Below are positions 19,595-27,641 of a DNA stretch of 27,641 nt, in pieces (within the stretch, counting starts at the first letter, position 1; each line of letters starts with the position of its first letter). The position numbers and the translations under genes were made by a program. The DNA is from Thecamonas trahens ATCC 50062. Its lineage: Eukaryota; Protista; Apusomonadida. Below the pieces are notes generated by a model, which saw only the letters and a program-made list of their open reading frames with translations, was not told the DNA's origin and made no database searches. Location of the stretch: assembly GCF_000142905.1 (NCBI RefSeq), contig NW_013657674.1, forward strand, positions 1 to 27,641. The letters run 5' to 3'.

Positions 19595-22259
19595 TCAATG
19601 GGTAATGTGCTCGTTCTCAAAGGCCTCGCTCCACTCGTCGTAGTCGTCGTCGGCACAGTCGCCGTCGCCGTAGCCGGCGTCGCCATACAGCACGGCCGTC
19701 TCGGCCTGCTCCTTCTTCATGGCAGCAATGCGGATGGCGTCTCCCAGAACCTTGACGGCCTGCGAGTAGGTGATGCGCGAGGTCTCGAACGGGTCGGCCT
19801 CGTTGAGCATGGCAACAATGTCGGCGTGCGAGCGGCCGGGGTCGATGGCGTGGACGAGGTTGCGGAAGTCCTCGTCGTTGATGATGCCCTTGATCTTGGG
19901 CTCAAACGGCGGGAGCGGCTCGAGCGCGCCCGACGCCTCATCGGCGGCGGCGGACCACTTGTCCTCCAGCGCGGCGCGCGCCTTGAGCTCGTTCTCCTTG
20001 CCGGCCTCCCACACCTCGTTGAACAGCCGCGTAAAGTCGCCGAGGAAGGCGTGGTGGCCCTCGAGCTGGTAGTCGAGCACAATCTTGCGGAAGTCCTTAA
20101 AGAGGATCGACCGCGAGGCGTCAGCAGCCTCCTCGCGCCGCAGCGACTTGTACGTCGGCTGGAGGTCGGCCAGCCGCTGCTTCTCGGCCGCCTCGCGCCG
20201 CTTGTCGTCGGCGACCTTGGCCGCCACCCGCTCAACCAGCCGCTCCTGGTCGCGCGGCAGCTCGTAGATCTTCTGAATGAGGAAAATCCACTCCTCCTCG
20301 GTGAGGTAGTCGTTGAGCCGCTCCTGGAAGAGGTCCGTGATTTCGGCCTCGGCCACCTTGGGATTCTCCAGCTTGAGCATGGCGTACAGCAGCTGGTTCA
20401 CCGTCCGCTTGATGGTGTAGTGGTAGTCAAAGAGGTAGTCCTCGTGGAGCTCGTTGTTGAGAATGTACGTAAAGCACTTGACGTCCGGATCGCGCGCATA
20501 GTCGACCAGGCCCTGCCGGATGCCCTCCAGCCAGCCCTTGATGATCCGCTTGAGGCCGTACTTTTGGTTGAGAAAGGTGAACACGTGTTCCTCCATCGTC
20601 TCGTACGGCAGCTGCGACTGCTCGCAAATCTTGTTGTAGTTTTGCTTCGACGCGTAGATCTCCTCGATGAGCGCGTGCAGATTCTTGAGCTTGAGTTCCG
20701 GCCGGAACTTGGGTGGCGGCCGCCGCCGTGCCTCCTGCGCCTTGCGCGCCTCTTCTTGCGCCTTGCGCTCCGCCGCGCTCACCCGCGGCGCCGTCAGCCG
20801 CTGGAACGACTCTGTCATCGTCACCGGCAGCCGCGCGCCCTCGTTGCGCCCTCCACCCCGCGTGGATCCGGCTCCCTCGGACCCGTTCCCGCCGGCACCG
20901 CGCCGCCGGCCGCCGCGCGACGAGCGCGACGCCCGCGACCCGGCATCGTCGCCGATCCCGGACGCTACCGACGCAGACCGCGTCGCCAGCTGCCGTCGAC
21001 CCAGCGGCAGCGTCTGTGTCTCTCCCTCCTCCTCGTCGTCGTCACCGTACTCATCGCCGCCGCAGCCGCCCCGCCCACCGCCGCTCAGCTGGGCCATGTC
21101 CAGCGCACCGCCACCGCTGCCGCCGCCGCCACCGCTGCCGCCACCGCCCGCCGCAGACGCCGCCTTCAGCTTGCTAATCTGCTCGCGGTAGTGGAGCGAC
21201 ATCGACTCGATGATGGCCGGCTGCTGCTCGAGGAACTTTTTGTGCTTGTCAAAAAATGCGTTGACGACGCGGACAAGCCCGGGATTGCCCATGTCTGCGT
21301 CGAGGATCTTCAGCAGCGCCTCCTTGCACACGTCGTAAAACTTGGCCTTGGCCAGGACATACTCGGACGCCCGCAAAAAGATGTCCGAGATGCCTTTGAT
21401 TCGCGAGAACGACTCGTCCATCAGCCGGTGCATCTTCGACTCAAACGCCGCCGTCAGCGCCGCCGCGTCCTTCTTAGAGTACGACGACGAGACGTTGAGC
21501 ACTTCCTTGTACAGATCCGCCACGTCTACACCCTCATTCAATCAACGCCACCAACACCAAGACGTCGACTATGAGTACTCTCGTCTTGATCATGTTGTTG
21601 CTCTTGCTGCGGCTCCTCCGAGCCACCAATGCGAATGCTCAGTTACTATCTAGCGTGTAATAATGATCGACATGCATGCGTTCAGATCAAATGTACAATG
21701 CATCATTGCATGATTGGTGGCGGGTGGGGGGAGGAGGGGAGGGGGGGAGGGAGGGGGGGATGGGGGCGGGGGCGGGCGGAGGGAGGGGGGGGGGGACAAG
21801 GGGAGGGGCGGCGGAACAAGGGCCCAGCCGTTGGACGACCTCCGGGGGGGGACAGTGTTTGACGTGGCTCCACAGGCCGAATGCGACGTCCAACCACGGC
21901 CACAGCCACACACATAACATGACCACTCTTCAACCGTTGTGGTAGTGTGTGGTGGAGGTGCGCGGGGTGGAGGTGGTGGCTGTGGTGCCAGTGGGAAGGC
22001 GTAGGGCTGGTGGGGGTGGGGGTATGAAAAATTGTTGCTACCAAGCAACAACGGCTGGGGAGGATCACAGTCATGGACGCCGTGGGCAAGGAGAGGACGT
22101 ACCCTGAATGTCGGCCTTGGAGAAGGTACAGATACGAGCGAGGGTATCCTTTACACGGGAGGCTGCACTAGTCGGCTCTCCTCCACTGCCGGCCGAGGCC
22201 CCACTGGCCTCGGCCACCTTCTTCTTGCGCCGCCGCCGCCGTTTGACCTGGCCCGACAT
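19595..22259 (-). CDS. TSNAXIP1-like coiled-coil protein with a C-terminal EF-hand-like region. Exons 22259-22103 and 21525-19595 (695 aa)
   Basis: IEEIYASK..LPYETMEEHVFTFLNQKYGLK..DPDVKCFTYILNNELHED resembles the TSNAXIP1-family core. The upstream exon MSGQVKRRRRRKKK..KADIQ splices in frame (G|GTACGT..TAG|AC = Asp), replacing the TTG start in the ORF track. The family name is from recall. Confidence 0.7.
21622..21721 (-). ncRNA. Intronic box C/D guide RNA (snoRNA/scaRNA-like)
   Basis: Sense to the host gene. 9-bp flanking stem GCCACCAAT/ATTGGTGGC plus inner ATGC/GCAT; box C AUGAUGC (21706-21700), D' CUGA (21685-21682), C' AUGUCGA (21673-21667), D CUGA (21642-21639); both guides match conserved target RNAs. 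Confidence 0.82.
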
Positions 22260-22349
22260 GGCGAGAGACGGATGTTGATCGACGCGTCGAAACTCCAACT
22301 GCGGCACCGGCACACGGCTGCACAGCCCAGGGGGGGGGGGGGTCCAAGC

Positions 22350-23257
22350 TCACGATTCTTCGCGCCAAGACTCAAACTCGGCGAGGTCGATGACAAATGA
22401 GCCGGCGTGGGCATGGCCGCCCCCGCCGTACGCAGATGCAAGGGCGTCGATGGTGTACTCGCCCTGCGACCGGAGCGAGACCTTGATCTTGTCGGCGCCG
22501 AGGAGATCCTCGTGGTAGGCGACAACACCGACGGCTGGCCGCCCGGCCGCTGCGCCGGCGGTCGACAGCGCGTTGCCGAGGTCCGACCGGTAGCCAGGCG
22601 TGGCTGTGACGACGGCAAGCACTCCGTCAGCCCACGGCGCCTTGGGCATGCAAAGCACAAACGCGTCCTCGCTTACCGCCCGCGCCACCTCGGCAGCCTT
22701 GCGCGCCTCTGCCTCATCGCCGCGCGCCATCACAGCAGCCACATCGAGGCCGAGCAGCGTGTCAAACACGCCCGGGTTCGCCGCCCCCGACAACTCCAGC
22801 TCGAGATCGTGAAAGCCGGCCGAGAACCGCCGCGAGCCGTCGAGCGCCCACCGCCACAGGTCGCCGTCCTCCACAAACTGGAACATCAGATCCAGGCTCG
22901 CCAGGCTCGCGCCCGCAGGCAGCGCGTGACCAAACAGCGCCTCGCGCGAGCCAGCCTTTCCGGCGTACACATCGCGGGCAATCGTCGCCGCAGACCGCTC
23001 CATGTCCATCACCACCTCGACATTGTCCGGCAGCGCGGCCTTGGCCAGCCACTCGGCTGCACTCTTGTGATGGTCCATGATCAGCACCTCGCCCACAGTC
23101 TCCGCCATCTTTCCCAGAAACGCTTCATTGGCCGTGTAGTCGACAAACACCGCCGCGTCGTCCTTCCCGAACCCCTCGCCGTCGTGCTCAGGCGGCGTGT
23201 CCGGCTCGCAGAAGATCTGCACCGCACACAAGTCAACCACAGCACACGCCACACACA

Positions 23258-23307
<50 letters not shown>

Positions 23308-23539
23308 ACCCAGCACGCGTGAGTCCACGCCCGATCCTCCGCTCCCCCCCTGCCCCTGCCCCTTGCCCCTCAACCCCCTCGCCCGCCTGCCTGCCTCTCC
23401 ATACCCGCGATGGATGCCAGCAGACCTCGGCGGTCGCGCCCGGCCGCGAGTAGAAGCAATGCGCGGCCAGCGCAGCAAAGACCCCGTCCGGGCACGGGTA
23501 GTGATAAAACACATGCACTCGCCGCACAGCGCTAGCCAT
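22350..23539 (-). CDS. DHH/DHHA1-family phosphoesterase (333 aa); intron 23217-23404
   Basis: YHYPCPDG, FVDY, IMDHHKSA, VEDGDLWRW, KVSLRS, YGGGGHAHAGSF; the GTATGG..GTGCAG intron joins the exons in phase 0. Confidence 0.9.
23251..23306. repeat. (CA)n microsatellite inside the DHH-gene intron
   Basis: Near-perfect AC dinucleotide run. Confidence 0.95.
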
Positions 23540-24028
23540 TGCTGATGCTGAGAGAGTGAGATGTGCCGCACCACACACACCTGGTCCGAGCAGCAACGTG
23601 TGTGCGGTCCGGTCCACCTGCTCTGTCACGGTAGATCAGTGACGCGTTTTTCTCTCCTATTATCGGGGGGGGTAGAGACCAGCTAGGCATGGTATGGGGT
23701 GGGAGGATAGGGGGATAGCTCGGCATGGGTGAGAGGGGGTGGAGGGAGGTTGGCGGTGAGGGGGGGTGGGGGGGGGGTGGGGAGTTGCTGCTGGTGATGA
23801 GTCCCCTTGTGGCGGCAGTGTAAAGCGAGTTTGCTGCATTTTTATTGCTTTCGACAAGCCCCGCACGTGCGGCAAAAAAGCGAGTGGCCGGCCTCCCAAA
23901 CGGCTGACGCACCGCACTTGGTGGACAGCTGCGGGTGGTCGGCCGGGGCAAGAACAGAGGGCACACAAGGTCTGTGCGATACACCTCACTCTGACTGGTC
24001 ACTCCCGAGTGAGGCAGACGAGAGGAAC

Positions 24029-24763
24029 ATGGCCGACAACCCACCACGGGCGGTGGTGCTGGACGACTTTGACGCCGAGGCTGACGACGAGGTCTCGGTC
24101 ACGGCTGGTGCGACGGTTGTGGTGCTGGAGACGTACGACGACGGCTGGGCCAAGGTCCGCGTCGTCTCCAAGGGCATCGAGGGCATGATGCCCATCATCT
24201 ATCTCGAATACACAAACAAGGCACTGGCGCCCATGCCCACCCGCACGGCACCGGCCCCATCGCCGGCGCCGTCACCGTCGTCGTCGCCGACCTCTTCGTT
24301 TGCCAAGCTTCCGGCCTACGGCACATCGACGGCCGGCTCGGCCAGCACGCCGGCGTGGATCCCGCCACGCGGCGTCTCCGCGAACCGCAGCTCAGGGCGG
24401 TCGAGCGCGAGCTCTGCAAGTGGGTCGGGAAGCAGCAGCTCACGGTTTACCATGTCGGGCTGGCTCGACATCGAGGCCTCGCCGGGAAAGTGGAAGCGCA
24501 AGTGGTACGTGGTCGAGGGCAACAAGCTCACGGCTTGCCGCAACCCGAGCTCGCTCAAGAAGCGTGCTACTGTGGTCGAGTTTGGCGTCGGCTCTGCGGT
24601 CCGCCTCCTCCACCACAAGCAAGACACTACCGCTCCGCCTGTTCTAGAGATCACCACCCGCGGCGCGACCAAGCTCTACCTCCGAACCGCAAACTCGGAC
24701 GAAGCCGAGCTGTGGCTCTCTGGCATCGAGACCGCCATCTACGGCGTCGGCAGGCTCAACTGA
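24029..24763 (+). CDS. SH3 + PH domain adaptor protein (244 aa)
   Basis: AVVLDDFDAEADDEVSV..DDGWAKV..EGMMPIIYLE (SH3); MSGWL..GKWKRKWYVV..LYLRTANSDEAELWLSGI (PH); Pro/Ser-rich linker. Confidence 0.9.
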   Translation: MADNPPRAVVLDDFDAEADDEVSVTAGATVVVLETYDDGWAKVRVVSKGIEGMMPIIYLEYTNKALAPMPTRTAPAPSPAPSPSSSPTSSFAKLPAYGTSTAGSASTPAWIPPRGVSANRSSGRSSASSASGSGSSSSRFTMSGWLDIEASPGKWKRKWYVVEGNKLTACRNPSSLKKRATVVEFGVGSAVRLLHHKQDTTAPPVLEITTRGATKLYLRTANSDEAELWLSGIETAIYGVGRLN

Positions 24764-24840
24764 CCGCGCCCTCCCCGCCGTGCCTGCTAGCCCCGCGAGC
24801 TAAAATCTCTTGCCGCACACCACCAACCAGCGTCTCGCCG

Positions 24841-25728
24841 TCAGCTGCGCCCCCGCCGCCGCGTCTCGAGCCCGAGCGCCAGGTTGTAGAGCGTGACCTC
24901 ATCGACCGCCCGCGCCATCTCAATCTCGATGGCTGGATAGTGGTCAGCGCGAAAGGCTGCGACACACGGCGCCGCCAGCCGCGCCTCTTTCCGCAACATA
25001 AACTTGAGTGCCGAGTACACCGCCTCGAGGACAACGCGCAGCTCGTCCGGTGCATCGACAAGGGCGTGCGAGCCGCCGGCGCCGTCGCGCGACGACAGCA
25101 CGCCCGAGCACGACGACGCGAGCCACGTCGTCGCGCACGCCCGCGCCGACGCCTCCTCTAGCACCAGCCACAGCGTGGCCGAGCTAGCCCAGAACACCGT
25201 GTCCATCGCCACCAGCACATCGGCAGACATCGACGCATACTCTGGCGACGGCACGCCCTTGCCCGACCGCGGCAGCGGCGTGCCCGACACTCCGTGCTTG
25301 TGCATCCACCCGCCCCACTCGCGGACAAGCGCGCCAAGCCGCTCCAGCGCCGCCGCCGCCGCCGATCCGCGCCCAACTGGCGCGTGCAGCGCCAGCGTGT
25401 CCAACCGCGCCGCCGCGCTCGCTCCCAGCCGCGCCACCTCGCCGTAGATCTTGGGCAGCATCGGCACACTCGCCGGGAACGCCATGACCGACGACGACCC
25501 AACCCGCGCCTCGCCGCCGGCCATTAGCTCTGCCAAAACCTCTTTTTCTGTCACAGACAGCACTGCGCCCTCTGCCAGGCCATGCACCTGCCAGCCGTCG
25601 TCATCATCGCCATCGCCCTGCCGCTCCGCCGTCGGCGATGGCGACCGTGACGAGCTCCGCGACGAGTTCCGCGACTGTGCTGCTCGCCGCAGCGACCCAG
25701 ACGCCATAGACAGCGCATTGGCCGCCAT
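24841..25728 (-). CDS. Hypothetical protein (295 aa), Ser/Arg-rich N-terminus and probably helical C-terminus
   Basis: Long ORF with protein-like composition; no recognised motif; start codon uncertain. Confidence 0.6.
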   Translation of the reverse strand: MAANALSMASGSLRRAAQSRNSSRSSSRSPSPTAERQGDGDDDDGWQVHGLAEGAVLSVTEKEVLAELMAGGEARVGSSSVMAFPASVPMLPKIYGEVARLGASAAARLDTLALHAPVGRGSAAAAALERLGALVREWGGWMHKHGVSGTPLPRSGKGVPSPEYASMSADVLVAMDTVFWASSATLWLVLEEASARACATTWLASSCSGVLSSRDGAGGSHALVDAPDELRVVLEAVYSALKFMLRKEARLAAPCVAAFRADHYPAIEIEMARAVDEVTLYNLALGLETRRRGRS

Positions 25729-26423
25729 TTCGCCTTCCCCTCCTCCCCGCGCCTGCCTGTTTCGGCTGCAGTCGGGTGTGCTGCCTCCTTGCCGCCTACC
25801 CACATGCCCGCCTGCGCCTGCGCCTGCGCCCACCTGCCGCCACTCTGCCTCTCGGCCCGCCAGCCTCGCGACAAACGCGCTCCCGCTCCATCCGCCCTAC
25901 CGACTCAAACCAGACAATCGCCAGACAATTACACCGTGCGGAGGTGCCCCAGGATCCATGGGCTGGCCCCCGGTCTCAGCATCGGCTCGACGATGTCCAT
26001 CTCCTCATCGCCGCAACCACGTGCGAGTCACCATCGCGGCCACGTCCATGGCCGGGCAGGGCGAGGAAGAGCCGATCTTCTCCCTCTCTGACCCAATCAC
26101 AGGTTCCTTACGCCCTGCAGTCCACGATCCTACACATTTCTCATCGCCATCACAAACGGCCACTCCTCCACCCCCACCCTCCCCCCCCCATGCCATCTAC
26201 AGAAGCGCGGCTCCAGCCGACCTGTCGTCCTCGTGCGTCCGAAAATCGGCACACGGGCAGTGTGTCGACAAAAATGGACGAAATTCCACAGACGAGCCAT
26301 TTGAGCGCGAGCTGGCAAGGCGTGACGAGGAAAGAGAAGAAGAGAACCCGAGCGAGAAGAAAGACACACTTGGCTTTAAGACCTCCATCAAGACCATACA
26401 CCTCGCTACCTTTGAGTCAAACA

Positions 26424-27368
26424 ATGGCAAGCGTGACAACAACAACGAGCGCAAACGCGGCGTTCTCCGGAGGTGTTGCCCAGGAGATGCTCGCCGGCTC
26501 AGCTGGCCGGGCCGGCGACGGCTCCAAGCTCACGCCGCTCGAGGAGAAGCAGCTGCAGTCGCAGATGGGTGCCGGCCGTGCGCAGGACGCCGCCTACTTT
26601 CTGGATCGTGCTGACGAGACGCTAGTTCTTGGCGACGCCGAGCTGATGGGCACCGACGAGGCTGGCGAGATCAAGGCCAACCAGGGCAAGACGACCGTCA
26701 TGTTCAAGGGCTGCACCGGGTGCACGTACACAATCACGAGCATGGTGGCCAAGATTCTTGTCGACCGCTGCGTCGACTGCACCTTTATCTTTGAGGGCAA
26801 GATCATGACCTCGACCCTGGAGATCTACAAGTCCTCCTCGTCCTCTTTTACCGTCGGTACCGTGCTCAAGACCGTCCAGGCCGATCTCTGCTCGGCCATC
26901 GAGCTCAACTTTGCCACCACCGAGAACTTTGATCGTGTCGTCTGGGCCGGAACCGAGGGCCTCACCGTCGCCTTTGCCGACGCCCCCGACGCCGGCCTCG
27001 TCACCTCGTACTCTGCCATGAAGGAGGAGCACGGACCGACGCTCCGCGAGGACATCGACCAGTTCATCATCCGCATCCTCGACTCCGGCGTCGCCGTCAA
27101 CGAGCGTATCATCCGCCTGCCTAACGGCTTCCCCACCACTCGCCGCGAAAAGTATGAGTTTGACGAGCGCCAGGAGCGCAACATGCGCGAAATGGCCAAG
27201 CGCGTCTACGGCGAGAACATCGTCATCCCCAAGCGCAAGACTGGCGCAAAGGTCAAGCCCAACGAGAAGTGCCCTTGCCTCTCGGGCAAGAAGTACAAGA
27301 AGTGCTGCCGCACCAAGGTTGGCGTCGAGTTTACCCAGGAGCAGGTCGATCGTGCCCGCGCGTCGTAA
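26424..27368 (+). CDS. CAP C-terminal/cofactor-C-like beta-helix protein with a C-terminal SEC-C motif (314 aa)
   Basis: VMFKGCTGCTYTI..KILVDRCVDCTFIF..TSTLEIYKS..TVQADLC (CAP_C-type repeats); NGFPTT; KVKPNEKCPCLSGKKYKKCC (SEC-C). Confidence 0.82.
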   Translation: MASVTTTTSANAAFSGGVAQEMLAGSAGRAGDGSKLTPLEEKQLQSQMGAGRAQDAAYFLDRADETLVLGDAELMGTDEAGEIKANQGKTTVMFKGCTGCTYTITSMVAKILVDRCVDCTFIFEGKIMTSTLEIYKSSSSSFTVGTVLKTVQADLCSAIELNFATTENFDRVVWAGTEGLTVAFADAPDAGLVTSYSAMKEEHGPTLREDIDQFIIRILDSGVAVNERIIRLPNGFPTTRREKYEFDERQERNMREMAKRVYGENIVIPKRKTGAKVKPNEKCPCLSGKKYKKCCRTKVGVEFTQEQVDRARAS

Positions 27369-27539
27369 ACTACAGTAATCCCCTCGCCCGCTCACACACA
27401 CGCACATCCGCCCGCCCACCACACACCACACGTGCTCTACACCATCCGCATTATGTCTAGGACCAATCCTCTCTACCCCACTGCCTGTAGCTCTCCAAAC
27501 GCCACTTTGACCATCTCTTGCCCCAGATCATTGCCCCCC

Positions 27540-27570
27540 CCACACACACACACACATACACCGACACACC
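27540..27570. repeat. (CA)n-rich simple repeat
   Basis: cacacacacacacacatacacc. Confidence 0.7.
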
Positions 27571-27641
27571 ACCAGAGAGAGAGAACCGCCACAAGCACAA
27601 CCGGCCTCACCACTTTGCACACCTCCTCCCCCCCCCCCCCC

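Noticed and set aside
19598-21574. 658-aa plus-strand ORF and other long antisense ORFs (for example 13069..14202, 22407..23453, 26622..27431)
   Set aside because: Mirror frames of GC3-biased genes, which lack antisense stops; no motifs.
23217-23309. Poly-(CV) N-terminus of ORF 22350..23309
   Set aside because: Translation of the intronic (GT)n microsatellite.
23666-23781. G-runs with G-quadruplex potential between the DHH and SH3-PH genes
   Set aside because: Similar G/C homopolymer tracts occur in most non-coding parts of the window, so there is no specific signal.

Overview
Gene-dense, GC-rich eukaryotic (protist-type) DNA with short spliceosomal introns and very small intergenic gaps; the style resembles an apusomonad such as Thecamonas (inference only). 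About 14 protein genes are supported: a TPR protein, a divergent actin-like protein, RhoGAP-SH3, MSH3, a ZZ-finger/carboxylic-acid-reductase-like (A-T-R) enzyme, a small orphan, a MAP2K, an ankyrin protein, RCE1, a TSNAXIP1-like protein, a DHH/DHHA1 phosphoesterase, SH3-PH, a second orphan and a CAP_C-like/SEC-C protein. The first ~2.8 kb holds decayed material (a ~360 bp duplication and an RluA-like pseudogene). Highlights: (1) a box C/D guide RNA hidden in an unusually long intron, with one guide matching U2 snRNA at the A30 position and the other matching LSU rRNA; (2) a ZZ zinc finger fused to a CAR-like enzyme; (3) a MAP2K with a CUE-like N-terminus; (4) two single-base homopolymer frameshifts that split genes in the ORF track. 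All calls come from motif recognition by eye; no searches were run.
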